A DNA stretch of 64,000 nucleotides from Desulfobacterales bacterium. GTDB taxonomy: Bacteria > Desulfobacterota > Desulfobacteria > Desulfobacterales > UBA5616. The translations under genes and the position numbers were made by a program. Below the pieces are notes generated by a model. The model searched no databases and was not told where the DNA came from. It saw only the letters and a list, made by a program, of their open reading frames with translations. Positions 18,403 to 28,108 of this stretch are shown in pieces; within the stretch, counting starts at the first letter, position 1; the number at the start of each line of letters is the position of its first letter. The stretch lies in NCBI GenBank assembly GCA_046483495.1, contig JAWODC010000067.1, positions 41,627 through 105,626 on the forward strand, written 5' to 3'.

Positions 18403-19404
18403 GTGTATTTAGCTAAACATATAGTTAACGGCAAACCTCGTTTTTACATACGCGAATCCTATTTTGATGGGGCCTGTTTCCGTAGCCGGACCCTGTTCGA
18501 TCTGGATTCGAACCCGGAAAAATATATCATTTATCCCGGCGGAAACGGCTACTATATCGACGAGGTGGTTTGCGATGAAATCAGAAAATACGGTGTAAAG
18601 AATATAACCGATAAACTCGATGACGTCTTTTGGCCCTTTTTGGATCCCCGCATCAAGCGTGTTCTCGAAGGCTTTTCGCGAAAACGGACAAGCGGGCGCG
18701 GCCGTTTGGATTGCGACAGCAGCAAACACACAGACGATTTTCATATTTTCGACAAGCGCCGCGTTCATTTTATGCGATTCGGGCGCATGGATCAGGGGAA
18801 TATCGGCGCCGTTTCACCGAAGCTTATGCGCCGCCTGCAGAATCGGTCCAGGGATGAAATCGAACAATATTTTATGCGGTCGGAAGCGATTCTTCGGCCC
18901 CATGAAATAAAAAATTATGTTTTTGTCATATTCAATCTGCAGCGACATTTTCAGCGTCTTAACGTCAAAACGATGCCTCAGATTCTGGATCCGGACGAAC
19001 TGGATGCATTCTTTCTGGAGGACATCTGCCGGTTAAACGGGGATGAAGCCTTTTGGTACGGCAGTGAAAAAAATGAATCGTTGAACGACTACCTGGTGCG
19101 ATACCTTATCATGTATTTCGATTATGAATTCGGTCAATCCACCTTTTTGAACGATTACATCCGCCGGTTCATGGATGACAGAAGACGCTTCCGTTTTCCC
19201 GCACCCCAAACCACCGTCGGCCTGGATGAAGCCAGTGACAGGTTCAGGGTGGAGAAGTCGGTGCTGAAAAAAATGACCCGTCGCGAGTTGACATCCCGAT
19301 ATCGAAAACTCGCCTTGAAATTGCATCCCGACCAGGGCGGTGACCACGAACGATTTATCAAGTTGACCGAAGCATACAAGGCAATGATCAGGAAAAAAAC
19401 ATAA
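18403..19404 (+). CDS. Hypothetical protein with C-terminal J domain
   Basis: C-terminal YRKLALKLHPDQGGDHERFIKLTEAY; GTG start. Confidence 0.8.
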   Translation: MYLAKHIVNGKPRFYIRESYFDGACFRSRTLFDLDSNPEKYIIYPGGNGYYIDEVVCDEIRKYGVKNITDKLDDVFWPFLDPRIKRVLEGFSRKRTSGRGRLDCDSSKHTDDFHIFDKRRVHFMRFGRMDQGNIGAVSPKLMRRLQNRSRDEIEQYFMRSEAILRPHEIKNYVFVIFNLQRHFQRLNVKTMPQILDPDELDAFFLEDICRLNGDEAFWYGSEKNESLNDYLVRYLIMYFDYEFGQSTFLNDYIRRFMDDRRRFRFPAPQTTVGLDEASDRFRVEKSVLKKMTRRELTSRYRKLALKLHPDQGGDHERFIKLTEAYKAMIRKKT

Positions 19405-19482
19405 GCGATCAACACAACACCGGGACCACTTCCGTGTACATGGTGAAAAGTCGATAAAATACAACGGTTTGAATGAAAATTG

Positions 19483-20016
19483 TTATAGATTCAGCAAATC
19501 CTTGACCAGATAAATGCCTGTAATGGTTTTCGCATCCGCTATTCGTCCCGAACGAATCATTTCCATCGCAGCATCGAAATCGATCCGGTGAACATCCAGA
19601 ATTTCGTTGCGGTCCAGTTTTTGCGAAGCGGGCATTAAGTCACGGGCGAGGTACAGATGGATTCTTTCATCCGTGTAACCGGGCGCCGGTGTAATATCGC
19701 CCAGCTTTTTCCAGGATGCGGCATTCATGCCCGTTTCCTCGATGAGTTCTCTCTTGGCGCAGTCCAGAGGCGCCTCACCCGGGTCAAGGGTGCCGGCGGG
19801 TATTTCCCAGATATATCCTCCGACAACATAACGGTACTGTTTCAGCATTAAAATGGTGTTGTTGTCGGCCGTTATGGCCACCATGGCGGCCGCACCGGGA
19901 TGACGCACCACGTCCATATTTACCGTTGAACCATTTTCCAGAGTGATGTTATCCCTGAAAACATGAAACGCCCTGCCTTGATAGATGCATTCACGGCGGT
20001 TCAATTTTGCCGTCAT
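19483..20016 (-). CDS. NUDIX hydrolase (ADP-ribose pyrophosphatase-like)
   Basis: HPGAA, KQYRY, WEIPAG, AKRELIEETG, IADAKT; ATG at 20016 preferred. Confidence 0.9.
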   Translation of the reverse strand: MTAKLNRRECIYQGRAFHVFRDNITLENGSTVNMDVVRHPGAAAMVAITADNNTILMLKQYRYVVGGYIWEIPAGTLDPGEAPLDCAKRELIEETGMNAASWKKLGDITPAPGYTDERIHLYLARDLMPASQKLDRNEILDVHRIDFDAAMEMIRSGRIADAKTITGIYLVKDLLNL

Positions 20017-20132
20017 CAGCGAATTTCCTTTTTCAATTGATTCGGGAAGATGTAATCTGCTACAGAAAGACTGACACAAACAGGTGGAAAAAACAAGGAC
20101 GGAAAATTACGATCAATCGTGAGGAAGCAAAG

Positions 20133-21122
20133 ATGCAGTGGAAAACGCCTGTCACAGACCTGCTGGGATGCCGCTATCCAATTCTTGAAGGCGCCTATGG
20201 CGGGATCGGCACCTGGAAATTTGCCGCGGCCGTTGCCGAAACGGGGGCTTTCGGTTTGATTACCGCCTCCGTCTACAAAACCCCGGAGAAACTGGAGGAT
20301 GCCATAAAACAGTGCCGCGATGCGACCGGCGGTGCCTTTGGCGTAAACATCAGCATCGGCATATGCCCCCGCATCGATGAGATGCTGGATGTGTGCATTT
20401 CCCAGCGCGTTCCCGTGGAAACAGCCGCCTATAAGCCGGATGCCCTTGCCGGCCGGATCAGGGAATCAGGCATTGCGTGGGTCCATAAATCCGCCCGGAT
20501 CAAAGATGCTCTTCATGCCGAACGCCTGGGCGCCCACGCAGCCATCATCGTCGGTCTCGAAGGGGTCGGATTCAAGAATCCCGAGCAGTTGCCGACCCTG
20601 ATCACCACCACCCTCGCCAAAAAAATGCTCCACATTCCGCTGATCGCCGCAGGGGGGATCGCCGATGCATCGGGGTTTATGGGGGTCCTTGGAATGGGTG
20701 CCGATGCGTTAATGATGGGCACCGCCTTTATGGCCACAGATGAGTGTCCCCTGGGAAAAACAGCCAAGGAAAAAATTATCGGATCGTCACCGATGGATCC
20801 GCGGCTTCGGCACCAGGTGCTGTCGCCGCCGGACCCGCAAGCCTATCGAGAGGTGATGGCGCTGCGCGGGGAGCTTCCGGTAGACAAATGGCTCCGCATG
20901 CTGGAGCGTGTCAATTTAAAATACGATGCCTGGCGGACGGATGTCGAGGCTGATGGTGAATATTCGTTTGACGAAGAATGGGGACGTGAAGGCCCCAGCA
21001 AAATCGTCTCACTGGCGGCCGGTGTGCTGGAACGGGTGATGCCGGTAAAGGAATTCATCGGAAAAATGGTTCACGATGCCGAAACCAGGCTCGAGAAAAT
21101 GGCCCTGTTAAGGGCATCGTGA
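20133..21122 (+). CDS. Nitronate monooxygenase/FabK-family FMN oxidoreductase
   Basis: YPILEG, FGVNI, PLIAAGGIAD, MGTAFMATDEC; ATG at 20133. Confidence 0.85.
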   Translation: MQWKTPVTDLLGCRYPILEGAYGGIGTWKFAAAVAETGAFGLITASVYKTPEKLEDAIKQCRDATGGAFGVNISIGICPRIDEMLDVCISQRVPVETAAYKPDALAGRIRESGIAWVHKSARIKDALHAERLGAHAAIIVGLEGVGFKNPEQLPTLITTTLAKKMLHIPLIAAGGIADASGFMGVLGMGADALMMGTAFMATDECPLGKTAKEKIIGSSPMDPRLRHQVLSPPDPQAYREVMALRGELPVDKWLRMLERVNLKYDAWRTDVEADGEYSFDEEWGREGPSKIVSLAAGVLERVMPVKEFIGKMVHDAETRLEKMALLRAS

Positions 21123-21203
21123 GCCTGTCGGAATGACCTCGAAGAACAAGCAAATACGTGTTGCGAGGACACGAATTCAAGCCGATTCAGGAAGGAACCC
21201 TAT

Positions 21204-22454
21204 ATGGAAGAACGCATGCTTGACGGCTACCGAGTGCTGGACCTGACCGAAGGCGGGTACCTGCTCGGAGGCCAGATTCTCGGTGATTTAGGTGCTGATG
21301 TTCTAAAAATCGAACCCCCGGGAGGAAGTCCCAGCAGAAACAGGGGGCCTTTTTACAAGGACATACCGCACCTTGAAAAAAGCCTGTTCTGGTTTGCCTA
21401 CAACCGAAACAAACGCGGCATTACGCTGAACCTCGAATGCACCGGCGGGCGGCGGATTTTTCGACAGCTTGTCCAAACGGCGGACATCGTGCTCTCTTCC
21501 CATGATCCGGGTTATCTGGACGGCCTCGGTTTGGGATATCCAGACTTCGCTGAAATAAAAAGCGATATCATCCTCACATCCATTTCCCCATACGGCCTGG
21601 AAGGGCCGAAAGCACACTATAAAATGTCCGACCTTACGACGTGGGCCTCCGGGATGGTGCATGCCATCACCGGAGATCCCGATCGGGCGCCCACATGGAT
21701 GAGTTATCCGACCGCCGGGTTGGTGGGCGGCATTCTCGGGGCAATCGGATCGTTGTTCGCCCTCTGGCATCGGGAAATCACCGGAGAAGGGCAGCATGTG
21801 GATGCACCGGTGCAGCAGTACCTGCTCCATTACACCACCGGGGCTCACTGGTTCTGGGAATGCATGCAGTTTGATTTTCCCCGTCTGGGCCGGTTTATGA
21901 CATCCGGATTCACGAAAACCGCCAATATACGGCCCTGCAAAGACGGTTATGTCCATTGCGTGGTGGGATGGGGTGCCGCTGCCGGGTTCTCGGACAGCAC
22001 CGCGCGACTGGTCGAATGGATGAACGAAGAGAACATGGCACCCGATTGGCTGACGGCGATCGACTGGTTCAATCTGGGCTCTGATGTTTCCAAAATGACG
22101 CAGGAGGAAATGGATCGCATTCAGAAACCCTTCGATGACTTTTTGCTGACCAAAACAACACAGGAATTTTCTGAAGAGGCAGCCCGGCGGGGAATCATGG
22201 GATGTCCTGTCTCCAACAGCCAGGATATCTGCCGGGACCCTCATCTTGAAGCCAGGGGTTTCTGGGAATCGGTGAGACATCCGGAACTTGATGATACACT
22301 GACCTATTGCGGCCCGTTCGTGAAACTTTCCGAGGCGCCCATGCGGGTGCAGCGCCGGGCGCCGCTGATCGGCGAGCACAACGCCGAAATTTACAATGAG
22401 CTGAGAATATCGAAAGAAGAAATACTTCTATTAAAGCAGGCCGGAACGATTTAG
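21204..22454 (+). CDS. Class III CoA-transferase (CaiB/BbsE-like subunit)
   Basis: YRVLDLT, LGADVLKIEPPGG, NRNKRGITLNL, APLIGEHN. Confidence 0.92.
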   Translation: MEERMLDGYRVLDLTEGGYLLGGQILGDLGADVLKIEPPGGSPSRNRGPFYKDIPHLEKSLFWFAYNRNKRGITLNLECTGGRRIFRQLVQTADIVLSSHDPGYLDGLGLGYPDFAEIKSDIILTSISPYGLEGPKAHYKMSDLTTWASGMVHAITGDPDRAPTWMSYPTAGLVGGILGAIGSLFALWHREITGEGQHVDAPVQQYLLHYTTGAHWFWECMQFDFPRLGRFMTSGFTKTANIRPCKDGYVHCVVGWGAAAGFSDSTARLVEWMNEENMAPDWLTAIDWFNLGSDVSKMTQEEMDRIQKPFDDFLLTKTTQEFSEEAARRGIMGCPVSNSQDICRDPHLEARGFWESVRHPELDDTLTYCGPFVKLSEAPMRVQRRAPLIGEHNAEIYNELRISKEEILLLKQAGTI

Positions 22455-22473
22455 CCGGAGTTTTAATTTCTCG

Positions 22474-23775
22474 ATGGAAACCGGTCAACATCCGATTCGA
22501 TTTGGAGAACGACTTGTGGAACAGCAAACACATACATCGATTTTCAGCGGCATACGAATCCTGGATTTCGGAATGGCGGCGACGGTTCCGCTTGCCATGA
22601 CCTGGATGGGCGATTTCGGGGCTACCGTCATAAAGATCGAGAGCCATTTAAGGCCCGATATTTCCCGAGCGGGGGGGCCGTTCTATCAGGCGCGGATGGG
22701 GGAACTCGAGCAAAACGGATGGCAGCAGTGGCTCAATTCCAGCAAATACAGCATGACCCTGAATCTTTCCAAACCTGAGGGAAGAGAACTGGTTCTTCGC
22801 ATAATCCGGGATTGGCGGCCTCACATTATAGCAGAATCTTTCAGACCCGGCGTGATGAAAAAATTCGGGCTCGATTACGAAAGCATTTGCCGCATCAAAC
22901 CGGACATCATTTATTGGAGCACCTGTCTGGAAGGGCAGTACGGTCCACATTCCCGTCGGCTGGGGTACGGAACGGTAAGTACAAACCTGTCGGGTGCCAG
23001 TTACCTGGCCGGATGGCCGGATCGGCCTCCCGCGGGTATGCCTCTTGCTTACGGCGATTTTTCGGCCACCGGAACCGGTCTGTTGACTCTGGTGAGCGCC
23101 CTGATCCGCTGGAAAAAAACAGGTAAAGGCGTGCACATCGACCAGTCACAATACGAGGTCAATGTGCATGTCCTCGCCGGAGTGATCATGGAATATCTTG
23201 TGAACGGCAGGGTCATGAATCGGAACGGCAACCGTCTCCCATATGCCGCTCCCCACGGTGTGTTCCCCTGCCGGGGTGAAGACCGGTGGGTGGCCGTTTC
23301 CGTATTTACAGAAGATGAATGGCGCCGATTCGGTGATGTTCTGGGAAACCCCGAGTGGGTGAAAGACCCAAAATTTTCGACACTTTTTCTGCGCAAACGC
23401 CATGAAGACGATCTGGAGGATCATATTTCCCAGTGGACTGCCGGCTATGATGCCCATACGGTCGAGAAGATGATGCAGGAGAACGGAATTGCCGCAAACG
23501 TGGTGGAGACGGGAAAGGATATTTACGAAGACCCCCAGTTGGCGCACTACGGCCACTTTCGGGAATTGGACCATCCGGAAATCGGAAAAATCAGAAGCGA
23601 GATTCCTCCCTTCAAGTTCTCGAAATCCGCGGACCGGCATTTCAGAGCCCCATTGCTTGGAGAGCACAATCATTATGTCCTTTCCGAGCTTCTCGGGATG
23701 TCTGATGACGAGATATCCGACTTGTATGCCGACGGCGTGATTACGACGGATGCGGATCTCCCGGGCCAGGGCTGA
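22474..23775 (+). CDS. Class III CoA-transferase (CaiB/BbsF-like subunit with catalytic Asp)
   Basis: GATVIKIES, ESFRPG, AYGDF, APHGVFPCRGEDRW, APLLGEHN; true start may be GTG at 22516. Confidence 0.92.
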   Translation: METGQHPIRFGERLVEQQTHTSIFSGIRILDFGMAATVPLAMTWMGDFGATVIKIESHLRPDISRAGGPFYQARMGELEQNGWQQWLNSSKYSMTLNLSKPEGRELVLRIIRDWRPHIIAESFRPGVMKKFGLDYESICRIKPDIIYWSTCLEGQYGPHSRRLGYGTVSTNLSGASYLAGWPDRPPAGMPLAYGDFSATGTGLLTLVSALIRWKKTGKGVHIDQSQYEVNVHVLAGVIMEYLVNGRVMNRNGNRLPYAAPHGVFPCRGEDRWVAVSVFTEDEWRRFGDVLGNPEWVKDPKFSTLFLRKRHEDDLEDHISQWTAGYDAHTVEKMMQENGIAANVVETGKDIYEDPQLAHYGHFRELDHPEIGKIRSEIPPFKFSKSADRHFRAPLLGEHNHYVLSELLGMSDDEISDLYADGVITTDADLPGQG

Positions 23776-23800
23776 TTCCGGGCATCGATGATCGGATCAT

Positions 23801-25063
23801 TTACTCGGCCAGGTAGTATGCAAGCTCCTTGGTCAGCGCGGCAAGATCGTCCAGATAAACGAATTCATCGGATGAATGCGCGGTGAGGTCCGACCCCCTG
23901 CTGCCGGCCCCAAAGCACGCGATATCCGCGGACTGCGGCTTCAGCGCTTCGATTACGAATCCCAAATCGCTGGAGCCGCTGAAGCCCCCGAAAATAAATT
24001 CATCATACCCGTACACAGCCTTAGCCGCCGCCAGTTTCTTTTTTACGGCAAAGCTGTCCGGGTTTATAACAACCGGTGGATAGCAGTGCACCGTTTCGAT
24101 TTTCATATCGATGAGCCGCGTTTTACGTTGGCTGTTTTTTACCGCGTTTTCCACTTCCGAGATGACATCTTCCAAGCGTTCGTCCGGCAAATACCTCCGG
24201 TTGATGGTGAGCGTACATTCGCTGGGAACGATGTTTTCCTTGACACCCCCGTGCATCATGTTCAGGTTGAACATGGGGGTCATCCTTTCGAACGGGCATC
24301 CGGGAATCGGCAGGGCCGGAATTCCGGACAGGCGCTGCTCAACCTGCTTCTTCAGCGCAATCAGTTCGTTTAAAACAGGAACGAACTCTTCAATGGCGTT
24401 CACACCCAGGTAGTTGAGCCCGGAATGGCAGCTTCTGCCCACGCTCGTGATATCGAACCGAATGGCACCGGCCAATCCCGTAAAAACGGCCGGATCCAGG
24501 GATCCGATCTCGAGCCACAAGATATGCGGTGAGAAATACCCCTCTTCTGCAAGATAACGCGCTCCCGGATACACGCCGATTTCCTCATCGGTGCACAGGC
24601 AGCACCGTACGGAATAGGCGGGTTCGGTTCCCGTCTCGTGCAGGGCCTTTAGTGCGCCCAAAAAACAGGCGGTCGCCCCCTTCATATCCACTGCACCCCG
24701 GCCGTACAGTTTGCCGTCGACGATTTCTCCACCGAAGGGATCGCGGGTCCATGGCTCTTCGACAGGTACGACATCCATATGGGCATACGCCGTAACCGGC
24801 GGTTTGCCGTTTTGACGGGTGGCCACCAGGTTCACCCGTTCACCGGAGAGATTCCATGGCATCAGGTTCACCTTTTCTTCCGGTACAATAATTTTTTGGG
24901 TGGTGAAGCCGAATTTTTCGAATTCCGGCGCCACAAGGTCGACAAAGTCGCCGTAATGCCGACCCGGCGGCACGGACGTGTCAACGGCGATCATGCGTTT
25001 TAGAACATCGATGACATACGGGAGATTGCGGTCGATATGGGAGAATAACGTCTTATGATCCAT
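23801..25063 (-). CDS. M20 family amidohydrolase (ArgE/DapE-like)
   Basis: AHMDVVP, YGRGAVDMKG, DEEIG, GVNAI, ENIVP, AHSSDE. Confidence 0.9.
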   Translation of the reverse strand: MDHKTLFSHIDRNLPYVIDVLKRMIAVDTSVPPGRHYGDFVDLVAPEFEKFGFTTQKIIVPEEKVNLMPWNLSGERVNLVATRQNGKPPVTAYAHMDVVPVEEPWTRDPFGGEIVDGKLYGRGAVDMKGATACFLGALKALHETGTEPAYSVRCCLCTDEEIGVYPGARYLAEEGYFSPHILWLEIGSLDPAVFTGLAGAIRFDITSVGRSCHSGLNYLGVNAIEEFVPVLNELIALKKQVEQRLSGIPALPIPGCPFERMTPMFNLNMMHGGVKENIVPSECTLTINRRYLPDERLEDVISEVENAVKNSQRKTRLIDMKIETVHCYPPVVINPDSFAVKKKLAAAKAVYGYDEFIFGGFSGSSDLGFVIEALKPQSADIACFGAGSRGSDLTAHSSDEFVYLDDLAALTKELAYYLAE

Positions 25064-25085
25064 CCTGGTTTTCCTTTTTTTTGAA

Positions 25086-25928
25086 TCAAACCTTCTTCTT
25101 GACGGCCTGGGGTATGCCGCCGGGGTCAACGGGAATACCGAACAGCTTTTCATTGTGGCTATGGCATACCTGATGCAGCCCGAATACGGCATCGATAGCC
25201 TGCTGCTGTCCTGCAATATCCTGGGAATAATTGACTGCTTTTTTGGCCGTTTTCAAGGCAAATAGCGGCTTTTCAGCAATTTTTTTGGCCATATCCAGTG
25301 TAACGTTCTCCAGGTCGTCGTTGGCGACCACATGGTTGACCATCCCAAGCCGGTAGGCTTCCTGTGCCGTCCACCAGTCGGCCGTAAACAGGAACTCCTT
25401 GGCTTTGCGGGGACCGAGCTCATAAGGGTGCATAAAAAATTCAACGCCGCATACCCCCATATTGACCACCGGGTCACAGAAAAGGGCATCTTCCCCGGCA
25501 ATGATGATGTCGCAGGCCCATGCAAGCATCAGCCCACCGGCCATGCATTTGCCGAAAACCTGAGCAATGGTGGGCTTAGCAAGGTTGCGCCAACGCCGTA
25601 CCATCTCCAGGTAAATTTCGTTTTCACGGGAATAGCGTCCGTGGGCTCCCCCGTTATCGAAACCGGCCCAGGTTCCGACAACCGGAAAATCGTTTTTGAG
25701 CGCCTTGCCCCCGTCCCCTGCGAGATCATGACCCGACGAAAAATGGGGCGGGCTGCCTGTGAGGATGATGACCTTGATCTCATCATCCAGGTTGGCCCGG
25801 CCAAACGCCTCGTTCAGTTCATAGGTCATCTGCAGATTCTGGGCGTTCCGCGTCTTCGGGCGGTTCATTACAACCCTTGCGACACCCGGGGTTGGATTTT
25901 CGTAAATGATCGTTTCAAATTCCTCCAT
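25086..25928 (-). CDS. Enoyl-CoA hydratase/isomerase family protein
   Basis: MNRPKTRNAQ, FSSGHDL, KPTIAQV, AGGLMLAWACD. Confidence 0.9.
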   Translation of the reverse strand: MEEFETIIYENPTPGVARVVMNRPKTRNAQNLQMTYELNEAFGRANLDDEIKVIILTGSPPHFSSGHDLAGDGGKALKNDFPVVGTWAGFDNGGAHGRYSRENEIYLEMVRRWRNLAKPTIAQVFGKCMAGGLMLAWACDIIIAGEDALFCDPVVNMGVCGVEFFMHPYELGPRKAKEFLFTADWWTAQEAYRLGMVNHVVANDDLENVTLDMAKKIAEKPLFALKTAKKAVNYSQDIAGQQQAIDAVFGLHQVCHSHNEKLFGIPVDPGGIPQAVKKKV

Positions 25929-25940
25929 TTTGTGCTCCTC

Positions 25941-27248
25941 TTATTTGGAATGCTGCTGTCCTGAAAGCTGATAGGAAAACCATTCCGACATAACCAGGGC
26001 GGGCTTTTCGCCGTTGCCCGATGGTGCGTCTTTTTGCCAGAATCGGACCCTCATGGTCAGCTCGTTCATGTCATATACCACCTGCCATAAGGGCCTGTAG
26101 GTCATGGATGGTCCGTCCGGATCGGCCAGCGGCCCTCTTGGAAAAACCCGTTCGGTTGCCGCGACCATCTCCGATTCCGAATATTCACCGTCATGATCGG
26201 CAATGATGCCGGAAAGAATGCGGTACCGGTTCATCGAATCATAGGGATCGTCATACGTCTTGGGAAACTCAGAAAGGGGGGGAAGCGACCAAACCGGGCT
26301 GTTGGTCATGATATGCGGTTTGCCTTCACCGTTCTGAATGTAGGCTTGACTGTCCAATGGGTTGATTTCAAAAATAAATGAATTTCCTTTTGCATCTCCG
26401 ACCAGGTAGTGAATGCCGGCCACGAAATCGTAGACCTTGTTGGTCAGCAGCGCGATTTTGGCTTCTTCACAATCCCGAGCGGTTTCCAGAACCATCCGCA
26501 TCGTCTGAGTCGGGTGCAGGCCGATGACCCGGTTTCCTGAAGGCGGGATCAGGGCTTTGGGGCGACCCTGATCCACCAACCCGTATATGGTCAGGCCGTG
26601 TTCATTCATGCCGTCCCAGGGCCCGCTCAAAATCTCGGCGGCGCCGATGTAAATGGCGGCATACCCGTCATCGGGATAGGATTCGACAATGTATATGTCG
26701 CCGAAAATATCGGGTTCACCGTCTTGCCGGGGTTTTCCAAGAAGTTGACTGATGCTGCCGGTGGAAAAATCCATATTGCGGACGGCCATGCAGTTTCCGG
26801 ACGAGGTATGTTCGCCCGGAAAGTATATCATGGAGCAGCCGAATTCTCCCACACTGTACGCGATGGAGGTGGGGTCCACCCCGGGCTCATCGGTCTGCCT
26901 GCCATAAGCTTCCAATGCACCCCTGGAGCGTTCCAGCAGTTGGGGATAGTTCTTTTCCAGATAGGCATATCGGGCCTTGCCGTATATCGGGTCCGGGTTT
27001 TCCGCCAGGCTGACCTGATAGCGCTCCTTGGCGATCTGCGCGAGTTTTTGACCGATTTCCCGCTGTGTTCCCGTCAGTCGGAGGTGTCGAACGCAGGGAA
27101 AGCTTTCCGGACTTTTTTCCATAACAGTGGTTTCATAACAAGTCGAGCCCGTGTGAGTGCCTTTTTCCAGGGCCGGCACCGTTGCCGGAAAGATAAGCCC
27201 GGCAAACAGAATCAACGAGAACATGAAAATGCGTATTCTGGGGATCAT
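25941..27248 (-). CDS. Exported Ntn-hydrolase (C45 / choloylglycine hydrolase-like amidase)
   Basis: Signal peptide, GEFG|CSMI putative autocleavage Cys, VRNMDF, DGMNEHGL, HYLVGD, MTN, SMNRY. Confidence 0.75.
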   Translation of the reverse strand: MIPRIRIFMFSLILFAGLIFPATVPALEKGTHTGSTCYETTVMEKSPESFPCVRHLRLTGTQREIGQKLAQIAKERYQVSLAENPDPIYGKARYAYLEKNYPQLLERSRGALEAYGRQTDEPGVDPTSIAYSVGEFGCSMIYFPGEHTSSGNCMAVRNMDFSTGSISQLLGKPRQDGEPDIFGDIYIVESYPDDGYAAIYIGAAEILSGPWDGMNEHGLTIYGLVDQGRPKALIPPSGNRVIGLHPTQTMRMVLETARDCEEAKIALLTNKVYDFVAGIHYLVGDAKGNSFIFEINPLDSQAYIQNGEGKPHIMTNSPVWSLPPLSEFPKTYDDPYDSMNRYRILSGIIADHDGEYSESEMVAATERVFPRGPLADPDGPSMTYRPLWQVVYDMNELTMRVRFWQKDAPSGNGEKPALVMSEWFSYQLSGQQHSK

Positions 27249-27507
27249 GGTATTCCTCCTGCTGATGGTTGATGAAAAAGGTCTGCCGTTTCAATTGGAT
27301 AAACGGGCAAAATAGAAGGAAACGACACCATGTTTTATACCATCGATTTGCGGAGTTGACCACTTTTTTGGCTGAAAGAATCGATTTTTGCGAAATAATC
27401 CCCAAAAGAGAACCAGGCAAATTTTTAAGGCATCATTGACATTAGGGAACATTTCAGTAGATATAAAGGCTGCGAGCGGATGAGGATATGAAAGGAAGGG
27501 CGAGACA

Positions 27508-28089
27508 GTGAATCTGGAAAACGTAAAGAAAATGTTAGGCGATCGATTCAGCTTTGCGGCCGATGATGTATACACCGCAATCCAATCGGTGAAATTGCCG
27601 GAATCCGCGTATGTTTTGGACGTCGGGACGGGAATCGGGAATATGGCCATTATGCTGGCCCTGCATGGTTATCAGGTTGTGACCGGAGAACCGGCAGGCG
27701 ATGATTCGGTCTATGCGGGGCAGGACTGGCAGGCCAACGCCGTCAAGGCCGGTGTTCGCCGGCTGATCCGGTTTGAGCCGTTCGATGCCGTGAATATGCC
27801 CTTCGAGAAAAACGCGTTCGACGGCGTTTTCGCTTTAGGTTCTCTCCACCATGTCTTGCCGGAAAACCGTTTCGACGTCATGCGGGAGTGTGTTCGGACG
27901 GCAAAAGCCGGGGCTTGCATATGTTTCCTGGAGCCCCGGGAAAAACTGATTCGAATGATACAGCAGCGGGATCCGGCACATCCTCCTGCAGCGGATCCCT
28001 CCGATTACATCAAGGGGCTTCACCTGAATTCCATGTCAACAACCGGCAAACTGTTTCACATGTATTTTTTTAAAACAAATAATGCGTGA
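27508..28089 (+). CDS. Class I SAM-dependent methyltransferase
   Basis: VLDVGTGIG, DAVNMPF, FDGVF, LHH. Confidence 0.85.
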   Translation: MNLENVKKMLGDRFSFAADDVYTAIQSVKLPESAYVLDVGTGIGNMAIMLALHGYQVVTGEPAGDDSVYAGQDWQANAVKAGVRRLIRFEPFDAVNMPFEKNAFDGVFALGSLHHVLPENRFDVMRECVRTAKAGACICFLEPREKLIRMIQQRDPAHPPAADPSDYIKGLHLNSMSTTGKLFHMYFFKTNNA

Positions 28090-28108
28090 GGCGGGAAGGA
28101 GGGCAACC

